Below, piece after piece: positions 29,509 to 41,258 of a stretch of DNA of 64,000 nucleotides. Numbering within the stretch: the stretch's first letter is position 1; every line of letters begins with the position of its first letter. The notes below the pieces were generated by a model. The model was not told the DNA's origin, made no database searches, and saw nothing but the letters and a program-made list of their open reading frames with translations. The position numbers were made by a program, and so were the translations under genes. Source of the stretch: Alphaproteobacteria bacterium (GTDB taxonomy: Bacteria; Pseudomonadota; Alphaproteobacteria; Rs-D84); assembly GCA_031549365.1 (NCBI GenBank), contig JAVBPX010000001.1, positions 137,157 through 201,156 of the forward strand. The letters run 5' to 3'.

Positions 29509-29553
29509 TTGTTGAAACCTGAAATAATTGTAAATTGTTTCAGGTTTCAACAA
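29509..29553 (+). terminator. Long hairpin after rarA
   Basis: TTGTTGAAACCTGAAA...TTTCAGGTTTCAACAA. Confidence 0.55.
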
Positions 29554-29654
29554 TTCACAATAAAAAACAAATCATACATTTATAATTTATCTGTTTTATG
29601 TTTGCATTTTTACCGGGTTTGTTTATAATTTATTACAGCTTATAAAACAAAGGA

Positions 29655-31103
29655 ATGATTATGGCAAAAACAGCTATTACACCCACACGTGCTGAAAATT
29701 TTTCTGAATGGTATCAAAACGTTATATCCGCCGCAGATTTGGCTGAAAATTCACCGGTTCGCGGATGCATGACGATCAAGCCGTATGGATTTGCCATTTG
29801 GGAATTGTTGCGCGATGATATGGATCGGCGCATAAAATCAGCTGGTGTAACAAATGCCTATTTCCCGTTATTGATTCCATTGGATTACATGACGCGCGAG
29901 GCCGAACACGTCGACGGCTTTGCCCAAGAATGCGCGGTTGTAACGCATTACCGTTTAAAAAATGTTGATGGTAAAATTATACCAGACCCTGATGCAAAAT
30001 TAACCGAACCGTATATTATTCGGCCAACTTCTGAAACAATTATTGGCGAAGCAATGTCCCGCTGGATTCAATCATATCGGGATTTGCCATTGAAATTAAA
30101 TCAATGGGCAAACGTTATGCGTTGGGAAATGCGTCCACGCGTATTCTTGCGCACTTCGGAATTCTTGTGGCAAGAGGGGCACAACGTATTCGCAACCCAA
30201 GCTGACGCCCACGAAGACGCGCGCAAAATGCATCGTGTATATAATGAATTTTGCCGGGAAATTTTGGCAATTCCATCAATTATGGGTAAAAAAACACCAG
30301 ATGAACGATTTGCCGGCGCAGACCACACATACACAATTGAACAAATGATGCAGGACGGCAAGGCATTACAGGGTGGAACCAGCCATGATTTGGGTCAACA
30401 TTTTTCCAAATCATTTAATATTCGATTTTTAGGGGCTGCCGGCCAATTGGAACATGCTTGGACCACATCATGGGGCGTATCAACACGTTTAATGGGTTCA
30501 TTAATTATGTCCCATTCCGATGATGACGGATTGGTTTTGCCGCCAAATGTTGCCCCACACCAAATTGTAATTATCCCTATTATTCGTGATGAATCCAAAA
30601 CGGATGCAATTATTCAGTATGCCACCAAATTGGGTAACGATTTGCAAAAATCTGGCGTCCGCGTATTGGTTGATAAATCTGAAATGCGTTCGGCCGATAA
30701 AATGTGGCATTGGATTAAACGCGGTGTGCCGGTTCGTATCGAAGTTGGAGAACGTGAAATGGATGCGAATGTTGCAACATTTACACGACGTGATTTGGGC
30801 AAGCCATCCCTGGCAACAAAAAATTATGCAGATGTTGTTTCTGAAATGCCTGAATTATTGAAAACAATTCAATCTGATTTATTGGCCACTGCTGAACAGA
30901 GGATTCAAAACATGATGCACCATGTTTCAACATTGGACGAACTACAATCCGGACTGGCGTCACAAAAAGCCGGCTTTTATCGCATGCCATATTCAGAAAC
31001 ATTAAAACCGGAATTTGATGAATTAATCTCAACATACAAAATTTCGCGTCGTTGTTTGGACGATCGCGATCCTACATTTGTGTTTGTTGCAAAATCATAT
31101 TAA
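29655..31103 (+). CDS. proS: Proline--tRNA ligase (archaeal/eukaryotic type, no INS editing domain)
   Basis: FSEWY, RPTSET, QWANVMRWE, FLRTSEFLWQEGH, GTSHDLGQ, SWGVSTR. Confidence 0.96.
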   Translation: MIMAKTAITPTRAENFSEWYQNVISAADLAENSPVRGCMTIKPYGFAIWELLRDDMDRRIKSAGVTNAYFPLLIPLDYMTREAEHVDGFAQECAVVTHYRLKNVDGKIIPDPDAKLTEPYIIRPTSETIIGEAMSRWIQSYRDLPLKLNQWANVMRWEMRPRVFLRTSEFLWQEGHNVFATQADAHEDARKMHRVYNEFCREILAIPSIMGKKTPDERFAGADHTYTIEQMMQDGKALQGGTSHDLGQHFSKSFNIRFLGAAGQLEHAWTTSWGVSTRLMGSLIMSHSDDDGLVLPPNVAPHQIVIIPIIRDESKTDAIIQYATKLGNDLQKSGVRVLVDKSEMRSADKMWHWIKRGVPVRIEVGEREMDANVATFTRRDLGKPSLATKNYADVVSEMPELLKTIQSDLLATAEQRIQNMMHHVSTLDELQSGLASQKAGFYRMPYSETLKPEFDELISTYKISRRCLDDRDPTFVFVAKSY

Positions 31104-31112
31104 TGGGGGAAA

Positions 31113-31728
31113 TATGAAAAAAATATTAACCGTACTCTTGGCATTGGTAATGACACCTGCATTTGCTGAAATCGATAAACAGTTGGTTGATCGCGCCGAA
31201 AAATATTTAAACGGAATCGCTGGGATGGATGGTGATTTCACACAAAAAACATCCGATGGACAAAAAGATTCCGGGAAATTTTCATTAATGCGTCCGGGCA
31301 AAATTCGATTGGATTACAAAAAAGCCCCAATCCAATTAATATCTGATGGGGATGATGTTTATTTTTACGATCAATCACTGGATCAAATTACAACAATTGC
31401 AGTATCGGCAACACCGGCCAGCGTTTTGGTCCGAAAAACAATTGATTTAACCAATGCCGACTTGAAAGTTGTTGATACCAAAATGAACGGATCATCGTAT
31501 GATGTAACATTGGTTATGCGTGAAAACCCCGGTTTGGGCAAAATGACCGTAACATTTGATCTGGGCAACAATACCATGTTGGGCTGGGTTGTAAATGACG
31601 CCACAGGATTGGTTACAACTGTTAATTTGAAAAATTTAAAAACTGTAAAATCATTTCCAAAAAATTTCTTTGAATTAAAACGCCAAAAGACATATGGACA
31701 TGAACAAAGGGATTCATACTATGACTAG
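31113..31728 (+). CDS. lolA: Outer-membrane lipoprotein carrier LolA
   Basis: Signal peptide, F.Q...G.F...RPGKIR.DY, ISDG, TPAS.L. Confidence 0.85.
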
Positions 31729-32728
31729 ACCAATGTACACATTTTCAGGCATTAAACCAACCGGGGATTTACACCTGGGTAGTTTGATTGGATCAATATT
31801 ATTAAATGTTGATTACGCCAATCGTGCCGACAAATCTTTGTTAATGTTGGCGGATTTACATGCGATCACAGTCCCCCAGAATCCCACAGAATTACGCCAA
31901 CACAGTTATGAAATTTTATCCGCATATATTGCGGCTGGCGCAAATCCGGATAAAACAATATTGTTTGCTCAGTCCCATATTTCGGAACACGCTGAATTGG
32001 CCTGGGTTATGAACTGTATGGCATCAATTGGACAGATGGAACGCATGACCCAATACAAGGACCAGGTCGCAAAAAAAGAAGACTTTATATCAATGGGAAT
32101 TTTGGCATACCCTGCATTAATGGCCGCCGATATTCTGTTGTATGACGCAACACACGTGCCGGTTGGCGAAGATCAAAAACAACACGTTGAACTGGCCCGC
32201 GATTTGGTTGGTCGCATTAATCATCGTTATAGTAAAACAGTATTTACAATGCCTGAACCAATTATGCGATCTGTTGGCGCACGCATTATGTCATTAAAGG
32301 ATGGAACCAAAAAGATGAGCAAATCCGATCCATCCAGTTGCCTGTTTTTAATGGATTCAGATGATGAAATCATTAATAAAATCAAACGCGCAAAAACGGA
32401 TACCGATCCGATTCCAGATAATGTCGAAGCATTAAAAAATCGGCCCGAAGTATATAATTTGATTTCTATTTATTCAGCATTATCCGATACGGATATGTCA
32501 AAAACTTTGTCTGAATTCTCTGGCGGCGGGTTCGGCGTCTTTAAACCAAAATTGGCGCAATTGGTTGTTGACCATGTTGCCCCAATCCGCGAACGCATGA
32601 AAATCATGTTGAACGACACAAATAAATTGGACCAGATTTTGAAAAACGGATATGAATTGGCAAAGCCGATGGCCAAACAAAAATTGGAATTTGTTTATGA
32701 TACTGTCGGCTTTTTGAAAAAGGCGTAA
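31720..32728 (+). CDS. trpS: Tryptophan--tRNA ligase (start approximate)
   Basis: FSGIKPTG.LHLG, YPALMAADIL, VPVGEDQKQH, KMSKS. Confidence 0.95.
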
Positions 32729-32730
32729 AC

Positions 32731-33051
32731 ATGTTTGGGATCAGCTCGGTCGAACTTTTGATAATTTTGGTTGTCGCAATGATTGTGATACCCGCCAAGA
32801 ATTGGCCAGATGTGTTTAAATTCTTTGCCAAATTGATTCGAATGATTCGCGGATTTGTATATCAGATCCAGGACAAAGTATCCGAATGGGAAACGGAAAT
32901 TGATAAGCACAATCCCATTGATGATTTAACCAAAAATACATTTAACGATATGATGGACACATTTGCAGAACCCGTAAAAAAACCGGCAAAGTCTTTAAAA
33001 ATTATCAAAACCAAGAAGCCCGTGAAAAAATCCAGGACAACGAAAAAATGA
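32731..33051 (+). CDS. tatB: Twin-arginine translocase TatB
   Basis: MFGISSVELLIILVVA.IV.P, single TM, upstream of tatC. Confidence 0.8.
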   Translation: MFGISSVELLIILVVAMIVIPAKNWPDVFKFFAKLIRMIRGFVYQIQDKVSEWETEIDKHNPIDDLTKNTFNDMMDTFAEPVKKPAKSLKIIKTKKPVKKSRTTKK

Positions 33052-33782
33052 CCACATTAAAAATGCGTTTAATTGATCATATTATGGAATTACGTCGCCG
33101 TATTATTTATGTTTTATCGTGCTTTGTTATTACTTTCATTATTGGATACTCTGTATCGCCCCAAATCCAGGAATTATTAATGTTGCCTTTATCCAAAACA
33201 TGGGGAAATGGTTTTATGATTTACACCCAATTGTCCGAAGGTTTTTTTATTAAAATGAGTCTGGGTAGCTTTTTCGCCTTGCTCTTCACGATCCCGATGT
33301 TTTTATATCAGGCTTGGTCTTTTATTGCCCCAGGGCTGCGTGAAAACGAACGCAAATTTGTTATGCCAATTTTAATTATTTCACCATTATTGTTTTTATT
33401 TGGCGCCGCGTTTGCATATTTATTTTTGATTCCAATTATGTTTGAATTTTTTATTTCATTGGATCAAAGCGCTGGCTCTATACAAACCGTATTAATGCCA
33501 CACCTCTCTACGTATTTAGAGCAAACAATTAATATGATGAAAATGTTTGGTGTTGCGTTCCAATTTCCATTGGTTTTGGTTTTGTTAAATAAAATCGGTA
33601 TTTTACAAAAGTCAACTTTGAAAAAACATCGCCGTCACGCAATCGTTGTTGCATTCATTGTTGGGGCCATTTTAACGCCTTCACCTGATGTAATATCACA
33701 AATTGGCTTGTCCATTCCGTTGGTTTTAATGTATGAAATTGCGATGTGGTTCATGTCGGATGAATCCCCTATAAACAAATAG
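33048..33782 (+). CDS. tatC: Twin-arginine translocase TatC
   Basis: H..ELRRR, FIAPGL..NE, FQFP, TP.PD..SQ, YE. Confidence 0.95.
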   Translation: MTTLKMRLIDHIMELRRRIIYVLSCFVITFIIGYSVSPQIQELLMLPLSKTWGNGFMIYTQLSEGFFIKMSLGSFFALLFTIPMFLYQAWSFIAPGLRENERKFVMPILIISPLLFLFGAAFAYLFLIPIMFEFFISLDQSAGSIQTVLMPHLSTYLEQTINMMKMFGVAFQFPLVLVLLNKIGILQKSTLKKHRRHAIVVAFIVGAILTPSPDVISQIGLSIPLVLMYEIAMWFMSDESPINK

Positions 33783-33814
33783 ATTTTGCCCCATAAATGC
33801 GGTATAATGCGGGT

Positions 33815-35338
33815 ATGAAATTATATACCCCCATTATTTTTGTCGCCCTGTTGTCGGGATGTGATTTGCATCCTATGATTGTTGGCATACCCGGGGATAT
33901 AGCGGATGCAATATCTGGCGAACCAGCAACATCTTCGGCCAAAGTCCCAACCGATACCATCACACATAGGGAAACAAAATCGGACGATTTATACGGACCA
34001 ACCGGCGAACGAGGCAACCCGAATGATTATGGAAACGCGTCCCGATTTGAAAAACATGAATCGGCCCCGGCAAAAAAATCCGAACCACAGGCCAAAGAAA
34101 AAATATTAAACGATACTCCAATTGATGAACAAATTGAAATGGTGGTGGAAGAACCGAAATCCGAACCAATACCCAAAGACACATTAATGGTGCCGGAAAA
34201 AACACAACCATCAGAACCAAAATTGGTACCCGCGCCGGACGAAGATTCAAAATCAACCATCACCGAAAAAAACGCTGACACCGAAACTGATGATATTTTA
34301 ATTGTTCCTAAAAAGAATCAAACCCCCATCAAGCCGATTATAGCAAAACCAAAACAAGATACTATTATTGTAGAAGCTGGCAATACGCTATACAATTTAT
34401 CCAAAAAGCATGATGTCCCGTTACGTGATTTGATTTCTGTGAATCATTTGGATGCGCCGTATACATTAAAACCTGGAATGTCATTACAAATTCCATCAAA
34501 AAATTTCCATATTGTTACAGTCGGAGACACGCTGTATTCAATATCACGAATGTATGGGATGGACGTAAACAGTCTTGCGAACACGAATAACATTAAACCT
34601 CCGTACGCATTATCAATCGGTCAAAAATTACAATTATCCGCATCGATTTCAATTATGGATCAAACTGTTAAATCCGCGCCGAAAATAGAAATTGTGGAAA
34701 AGAAAACCGATCAAAAACCAGAAACAAAACCCGCCAAAACACCGGATATTAAATCGGGCAAACCTGATGATACGCCAAAAACCCCAGTTGTGATTACGGG
34801 AAAACCATCCAAACCGGAAACCATGTATGGCCGTGTTGAACCGAAAAAAGCCGAACCAAAACCGACTGTTAAAACAACAACCGCCCCAAAGCCCGAGGTT
34901 AAAACATCAACCAAGGCCAGTCCCGCTGTTATCCGCGCAATTCCGGCCGCCGGGTCGCGCGCATCATCATCGTTTGCGTGGCCAGTTCGCGGTAAAATTA
35001 TTTCGCCATTTGGCGCAAAATCAAACGGATTATATAATGACGGAATTAATATTTCAGCCAAAGCCGGCACAACTGTCAAAGCATCCGAAAACGGGGTTGT
35101 TGCATACGCCGGGAATGAATTAAAAGGATTGGGCAATTTGGTAATTATTCAACATGCTGGCGGTTGGATGACGGTTTATGCACACATGCATTCGTTGGAA
35201 GTTTCCCGTGGGGACAAGGTAAAATTGGGTGAAAAAGTCGGAACGATTGGGCAAACGGGCCGGGTTACATCGCCACAATTGCATTTTGAAATCCGCAAGG
35301 GCACCAAAGCATTTGATCCAACAAAACAATTACGATAA
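33815..35338 (+). CDS. nlpD: LysM-LysM-M23 lipoprotein (NlpD-like)
   Basis: Lipobox LSGC, two LysM domains, WPVRG, NDGINI, YAH, LHFEIR. Confidence 0.85.
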   Translation: MKLYTPIIFVALLSGCDLHPMIVGIPGDIADAISGEPATSSAKVPTDTITHRETKSDDLYGPTGERGNPNDYGNASRFEKHESAPAKKSEPQAKEKILNDTPIDEQIEMVVEEPKSEPIPKDTLMVPEKTQPSEPKLVPAPDEDSKSTITEKNADTETDDILIVPKKNQTPIKPIIAKPKQDTIIVEAGNTLYNLSKKHDVPLRDLISVNHLDAPYTLKPGMSLQIPSKNFHIVTVGDTLYSISRMYGMDVNSLANTNNIKPPYALSIGQKLQLSASISIMDQTVKSAPKIEIVEKKTDQKPETKPAKTPDIKSGKPDDTPKTPVVITGKPSKPETMYGRVEPKKAEPKPTVKTTTAPKPEVKTSTKASPAVIRAIPAAGSRASSSFAWPVRGKIISPFGAKSNGLYNDGINISAKAGTTVKASENGVVAYAGNELKGLGNLVIIQHAGGWMTVYAHMHSLEVSRGDKVKLGEKVGTIGQTGRVTSPQLHFEIRKGTKAFDPTKQLR

Positions 35339-35400
35339 TTCAAAAAATACTTGCAAAACGAACAAACAGACATTATACTGCGTCGGCATTGTGAATAAGA

Positions 35401-35475
35401 GCGAGTATAGTTCAAGGGCTAGAATGCCAGCCTTCCAAGCTGGAAATGAGGGTTCGAATCCCTCTACTCGCACCA
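35401..35475 (+). tRNA. tRNA-Gly(TCC)
   Basis: GCGAGTA/TACTCGC acceptor, CCAGC-CTTCCAA-GCTGG, GTTCGAATC, CCA. Confidence 0.96.
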
Positions 35476-35684
35476 AAAAAATTATGAAAATGTGCGCCTG
35501 GGCGCGTTTTTGGAACCAACTCGTCGCGATCATGTACCATGTGTACACTCACGCTCCTCGGATCCCAAACAACACTCCCAATCATCACATTTTGATAATT
35601 TTTCATATTTATATGTGATTGGGGGTTTGTATTTTATTACGGGTTCGCTTATAATCCCTCTCCCTCAAATCATCAATATTATTT

Positions 35685-35770
35685 GGGCGTGCGCCGGAGT
35701 TGGAGAGCCGGGGCAGACTGTAAATCTGTTGGCTATGCCTGAGCTGGTTCGAATCCAGCCACTCCCACCA
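35685..35770 (+). tRNA. tRNA-Tyr(GTA)
   Basis: GCAGA-CTGTAAA-TCTGT, long variable arm, GGTTCGAATCC, ACCA. Confidence 0.95.
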
Positions 35771-35808
35771 AAATAAAAAAACACCCTTTACGGGTGTTTT
35801 TTTATTTT
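35770..35808 (+). terminator. Bidirectional intrinsic terminator between tRNA-Tyr and recJ
   Basis: AAAAAAACACCC-TTTAC-GGGTGTTTTTTT. Confidence 0.8.
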
Positions 35809-35901
35809 GACAAGATATTGTTTTGCTATTTAAACATTATTTGTGAAAATTAAAAATTTTCTTTGAAAAGATAACAATAAATACATTTAAGTAATTAAAC
35901 T

Positions 35902-37680
35902 TTACGCACAAACATCTTCCAAAATTAATTGGACGGATGTACGGCCCATATGTTCATTTTCTTTTAATTTTCCGCATAATGTAACGGCACGACCGACATT
36001 TGATTCATCCAATAAAAATTGTCCAACCGGCGTGTCCGCCAAATTAAATCCGATTACTTGGACTGTGGTGCCAGCGCTGGTTTTGAATGCCGCGCGAACA
36101 TGACCATGTCCGACGATATTCGCCCATGATAACATTGCGCCAGTTAATGCAAATGTTGGTTCGGAGTTATCTTGGCCAAATGGTTCCAGGCGCGAAAACG
36201 ATCGGACCAACGACATTGATGCCCCGCCCGCATCCATTAATACGTCGATTTTAATTAATGGTTTTAAACAAATTTCACCCAATTGTTTTTTAACCTGAAT
36301 TCGAACAAATTCGATAAATTTATCGGCCATTGATTCATGCAATGTAAATCCTGCGGCGGCGGAATGCCCGCCCCCCTCGACCAATAATCCTGCCGACATC
36401 GCGTCCAGAATGATACGGCCCAAATCGACCTCGGGGATTGACCGGCCGGATCCATTAATTGTGCCGTCCGCGGATTTTGTTGCAACACATGTTGGGCGAT
36501 AATACCGGTCTTTTAAGCGTCCGGCGATAATTCCCATAACACCACCATGCCAATTTTCATCACATAAAAATATGAACGGATCAAATGCATCCGGATTTGA
36601 TTCAATCATTTCAATTGCATGCATTAATGTTCCGGATTCGATGTCTTTTCTCTGCTCATTTAATGATGTTAAATCAGTTGCCAATTCGCGTGCGACACGC
36701 ATATCATCACATAACAATAATTCCAAACTCTTATCCGCCGAAGTCAATCGCCCGGCAGCATTCAAACGCGGTCCCAAAACAAATCCCAAAACATAAACGG
36801 ATATTGATTTAACATTGGATACTTCCATCAAAGCGCGCAATCCAATATTTTTCCGACCCTCCAAAACCCGTAATCCGGTTGCAACAAACGCCCGATTCAA
36901 TCCAATTAATGGCATGGTATCACACACCGTACCCAATGCCACCAAATCCAAAGATTCCATTAATTTTGGTTCATCACGATCGTCGAAAAAACCGGATTCA
37001 CGCAACGCGCGGTTCAATCCAACCAAAAACAAAAATGATACACCAACGCCAGCCAAATATGTCAATCCGGATTCATCATCATGACGCTTTGGATCAACAA
37101 CCGCGTCAGCGGATGGTAATATATCCTCGGGTTCGTGATGATCCAAAATCACAACATCCATTCCCAAACTTTTGGCGTGGCTCACTTCGTTAACGGCACT
37201 GATCCCACAATCAACTGTTATTAAAACACGTGCGCCACGGGCATACAAATCATCAATTGCATTAATGTTTAATCCATACCCCTCGCCATCGCGTGATGGT
37301 AAATGCCACAAAATATCATTTATTCCCAAATCCCGAAAATACCGAACCATATTCGCAGTCGACGTAATCCCATCAACATCATAATCCCCGAAAACAGATA
37401 ATTTTTTACCATCCCGTACAGCATTTACAATACAGCCAATTGCCATATCCATATCACGCATTACGAATGGATCCGGCATTTGTTCTTTGATGCTGGGATT
37501 TAAAAATTGTTCAATATTCGATACACCGCGGGAAATCAATAATCCAGATAACGCCACCGGCAAATCAAAGTTTTTCGACACTTCGTTTATCCGATTTTCA
37601 TCAATCGGGCTATACACCCAGGTTTTCCCCAACAATGATTGTTCGCATAGCGTCTTCAATATATTCTCTTTTTTTATCAA
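35902..37680 (-). CDS. recJ: ssDNA exonuclease RecJ
   Basis: GDYDVDG, EGYG, TVDCG, DHH, GPRLNAAGR, GGHSAAAG. Confidence 0.96.
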   Translation of the reverse strand: MIKKENILKTLCEQSLLGKTWVYSPIDENRINEVSKNFDLPVALSGLLISRGVSNIEQFLNPSIKEQMPDPFVMRDMDMAIGCIVNAVRDGKKLSVFGDYDVDGITSTANMVRYFRDLGINDILWHLPSRDGEGYGLNINAIDDLYARGARVLITVDCGISAVNEVSHAKSLGMDVVILDHHEPEDILPSADAVVDPKRHDDESGLTYLAGVGVSFLFLVGLNRALRESGFFDDRDEPKLMESLDLVALGTVCDTMPLIGLNRAFVATGLRVLEGRKNIGLRALMEVSNVKSISVYVLGFVLGPRLNAAGRLTSADKSLELLLCDDMRVARELATDLTSLNEQRKDIESGTLMHAIEMIESNPDAFDPFIFLCDENWHGGVMGIIAGRLKDRYYRPTCVATKSADGTINGSGRSIPEVDLGRIILDAMSAGLLVEGGGHSAAAGFTLHESMADKFIEFVRIQVKKQLGEICLKPLIKIDVLMDAGGASMSLVRSFSRLEPFGQDNSEPTFALTGAMLSWANIVGHGHVRAAFKTSAGTTVQVIGFNLADTPVGQFLLDESNVGRAVTLCGKLKENEHMGRTSVQLILEDVCA

Positions 37681-37724
37681 GTTTATAATAACAAAAAAGA
37701 GAGCCCCCGGTCAAGTTAAACCGA

Positions 37725-39428
37725 TTAAATTCTTTCGAACATTGAATCTAATTCAGATTGTGTAATTGCTTTAAAAACCGGACGACCATGATTACATTGG
37801 CCTGCGCGTTCTGTTTCTTCGATTTGTCGCAATAATGCATTCATTTGATCCAAATCCAAGCGCTGCCCCGCGCGGACAGAATGATGACATGCATACGTTG
37901 CCAATATATGATGCAATTTTTCAGACAATGCGGTCGTTGCGTTATTATCGTGCAATTCTCGGGACATATTTTTAAATGATTCATCCCAATTTATTTTGAT
38001 TCCGGCTGGGACCTCGCGCACGACAATTGTATTATCTCCAAAAGATTCAATAATTAACCCGCATTGCTCCAATTCGGATGACATTTCCAAAATCGCATCC
38101 GCATCATCCAATTCAATAACGTGCGGAACCAATAATGGCTGACGTTTAATATCGCGGTTTCGCAATTGTTCATAAACAATTCTTTCATGGGCAGCATGCT
38201 GATCAACAATAATTAAACCAGAATCAGATTCAGCCAATATATATTTATTCATAATTTGCGCCAATGCGCGGCCCAATGGACGATGTTCTGTTTCGGATAA
38301 CATATATCCAGGCACTTGATTTTCTGAATTTTTTGAAAACAATAATGGCTCTGCCACATGGGTCATATTTACCGGTATTTTTGGCCTTTCACGATCAAAA
38401 TAAAATTGAATCTTTTGCTGATTATTGGGTTGTGAAATTTGGGTAAAATTTTCATCCCTATCTTTCATAGACGCCGAAATCGCACGACGCAAACCGCCAA
38501 CAATAATTGATCGAATTCGTGACGGTTCCAAAAAATGAACCTCTGTCTTGGCTGGATGAACATTAACATCAACCATATTTGTTGGCACATCCAAATACAA
38601 TACACATATTGGATATTCACGTGCTGACATAACATCGAAATACGCCGCGCGCAATGCTGCCAACAATAATTTATCCCGAACCGGACGATTATTTACAAAT
38701 AAATATTGATCGGATGCCGTTGGCCGACGCATTGTTGGTTCGGACACCCAGCCGGACAACTTTATATCACCATCCACGACATCAATTGGCAATAAACGGC
38801 CCCGCACATCATCACCAATCACAGAATAAATTCTTTCGATTGGATTATCGTTCGACTTTTGATAAAAATGCTTTTTATTAACATAAAATCCGACATCCAT
38901 GCGCGACAGAGCCAATCGTTTAACAATATCAATAACCGCAGACGTTTCGGCACGATCGGACCGTAAAAATTTTAAGCGAGCCGGTGTTTTTTGAAATAAA
39001 TTATTAACCATAATACGCGTACCAACGGTCCAGGAGCTGGGGCGCAATTTTTTATTATCCGACACATCAATCGACCAGGATTCACCACCATGCGCAGTAT
39101 CAATCACAACGTCCGATACAGATGCGATTGACGGCAATGCTTCGCCCCTAAAACCCATAGTGTTAATGTTTAATAAATCATCCGATTTTAATTTGGATGT
39201 AGCATGGCGTTCCACACACGAAATCAAATCATCCCGAGTCATTCCAGATCCATTATCCGTAACACAAATTAATGTACGACCACCGTCAACAACATCGACA
39301 ACAATATTATCAGCCCCAGAATCCAATGAATTTTCAACCAGTTCTTTGACCACACTGGCGGGTCGCTCCACCACCTCGCCCGCGGCAATTTGGTTTATTA
39401 AATGATCTGGTAAAATTCGGATCGTCAT
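37725..39428 (-). CDS. mutL: DNA mismatch repair protein MutL
   Basis: IAAGEVVERPASVVKELVEN, GFRGEAL, DVNVHP.K, DQHAAHER, ACH, CNHGRP. Confidence 0.97.
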   Translation of the reverse strand: MTIRILPDHLINQIAAGEVVERPASVVKELVENSLDSGADNIVVDVVDGGRTLICVTDNGSGMTRDDLISCVERHATSKLKSDDLLNINTMGFRGEALPSIASVSDVVIDTAHGGESWSIDVSDNKKLRPSSWTVGTRIMVNNLFQKTPARLKFLRSDRAETSAVIDIVKRLALSRMDVGFYVNKKHFYQKSNDNPIERIYSVIGDDVRGRLLPIDVVDGDIKLSGWVSEPTMRRPTASDQYLFVNNRPVRDKLLLAALRAAYFDVMSAREYPICVLYLDVPTNMVDVNVHPAKTEVHFLEPSRIRSIIVGGLRRAISASMKDRDENFTQISQPNNQQKIQFYFDRERPKIPVNMTHVAEPLLFSKNSENQVPGYMLSETEHRPLGRALAQIMNKYILAESDSGLIIVDQHAAHERIVYEQLRNRDIKRQPLLVPHVIELDDADAILEMSSELEQCGLIIESFGDNTIVVREVPAGIKINWDESFKNMSRELHDNNATTALSEKLHHILATYACHHSVRAGQRLDLDQMNALLRQIEETERAGQCNHGRPVFKAITQSELDSMFERI

Positions 39429-40567
39429 TTATTTTCCCCCAAACATTTCAACACCCAATTATTTATCACAGATTCAGAAATTTTATACGTTTTTCCCGGC
39501 TTTTTAGGTGGATATAACTTTGATATTGCATTTTTAATTTGATCGCACGCGGCCATAAACAATCCCATAAATTCCGCAACTGATTTATTCGGCGAAACCA
39601 ACATTAATGATGTTTGATCCGATAAATTTGATACCGCATCCAACATACGATCGTCACGATTTGTAATCAAAATTTGTGGACGATCCATATTTGATACCGT
39701 ATCCCAAATTAAATCGGAATCCGACATCGAGTGCATTAATAATTGGCACGCGCCAGGCATTCCATTTAAGCGAACGGACGAATTTCGATTAATATCAATT
39801 TCCCATAAAACGAATTGTAATATACGTTTTGCCAATATATGATTTTCTGAATTTGCACCAATCATCACAGAATCCACGAACATATTGGATGATGCCAATT
39901 CAATTAAAAACATATGAATATCGAGTTCCAAACATTCGATAATTTTGTCGGCCTTTTTTTGAAATTGTAAAAATTCATCACTTTTCGGGCCCAAAACCAA
40001 AATATGGTTGTGCGCCATGCCCTGGGCCGTTTTATGCAGCCAATCATATACCATTTGATACATTGGGTTTGTTGATGGATTTGAATCTGATAACATTAAA
40101 ACCAATGTATTCTCGGGTCGGCAACGTGCACGCACCAAATCAAAATCCGCCAAATTATGCCCGATAAAATATATCGGCATTATATTTTTTTGATTATTAG
40201 GGATCATTGAAACCACATGATTTGTCCGATCACGAATCATATGACCAATAACAACGATGTCTGTAAAACGTCGCCCACCCATGCCGGCCATATTCCCGCG
40301 ATTAATATCATTTGCAATTTTTGATAATAATTCGTTTTTAATGTATTTTTTTGGAGTCGATAAATTTTAGTCCATCACAGAATCCAAAACTTCAAAAACA
40401 TTATCGTCCGCAAAAATCCAAGTGCGATCACAATACAGACCCAAACTCCGATCGCATATATATGGCGACCCCTGACGCGATTGCATAACCGCATCCCTAG
40501 ACATATCGGAAATGTATTCCGCCCTCTTTTTTAAACGGACAAATTCAGAATTTTTTTCAATCATCAA
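39425..40567 (-). pseudogene. Hypothetical ~380-aa gene split by one in-frame TAA (40367-40369)
   Basis: ORFs 40367-40567 and 39425-40291 are in the same frame, joined by 25 sense codons (NLSTPKKYIKNELLSKIANDINRGN). Confidence 0.65.
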
Positions 40568-40620
40568 TGTATCTTTATGCTTGGTTATAATTGGACCATA
40601 GCATAAAAAAAGACATCAAA

Positions 40621-41097
40621 TCAAGCGCCATAATTAACGCAAATAATTTCCCATGATTTTTTGCCCGCTGGCGATGCAACATCAACAACATCACCGGCTT
40701 TTTTACCAATTAACGCCCGGCCCATTGGACAAGTATTTGCAATGATTCCACATTTAATATCTGCTTCTATATCCGATAAAATTTGATATTTGGCACATTC
40801 GCCCGTATCGACATTTTCCAAGTCAACGCAAGCGCCAAACATAACAGTATCGCCGCATAATTTTTTTATATCAATAACTTCGGCATGCGATAAAATTGAT
40901 TCCAATTCTTGGATACGCCCTGCGATATATCCTTGACGTTCGCGGGCGGAATGATATTCCGCATTTTCCGACAAATCCCCCAAATCGCGCGCAGCTTGGA
41001 CGGCGGCAATTATTGCTGGGCGTTCAACTTCTTTCAGTTGTTTTAATTCTGCCATTAATTTATCGAACCCTGCTTGGGTCATTGGTTTTTTATCCAT
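40621..41097 (-). CDS. greA: Transcription elongation factor GreA
   Basis: GDLSENAEYH.A, V.FGA, PMGRALIGK. Confidence 0.96.
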   Translation of the reverse strand: MDKKPMTQAGFDKLMAELKQLKEVERPAIIAAVQAARDLGDLSENAEYHSARERQGYIAGRIQELESILSHAEVIDIKKLCGDTVMFGACVDLENVDTGECAKYQILSDIEADIKCGIIANTCPMGRALIGKKAGDVVDVASPAGKKSWEIICVNYGA

Positions 41098-41258
41098 TGT
41101 AACCTCGGTTTGTTTGGTGGCCTGTCACTGGCCTGACAATACTTTTGCCTTGTGGCCTAAATATAGCAAATTTACCTCGAAAATCAAGCCTTTTGTTTTT
41201 CTTTGCAATTTTTCGCATCTTTTGTATAATATAGCCTTGATACAACCAAGGAAACATC

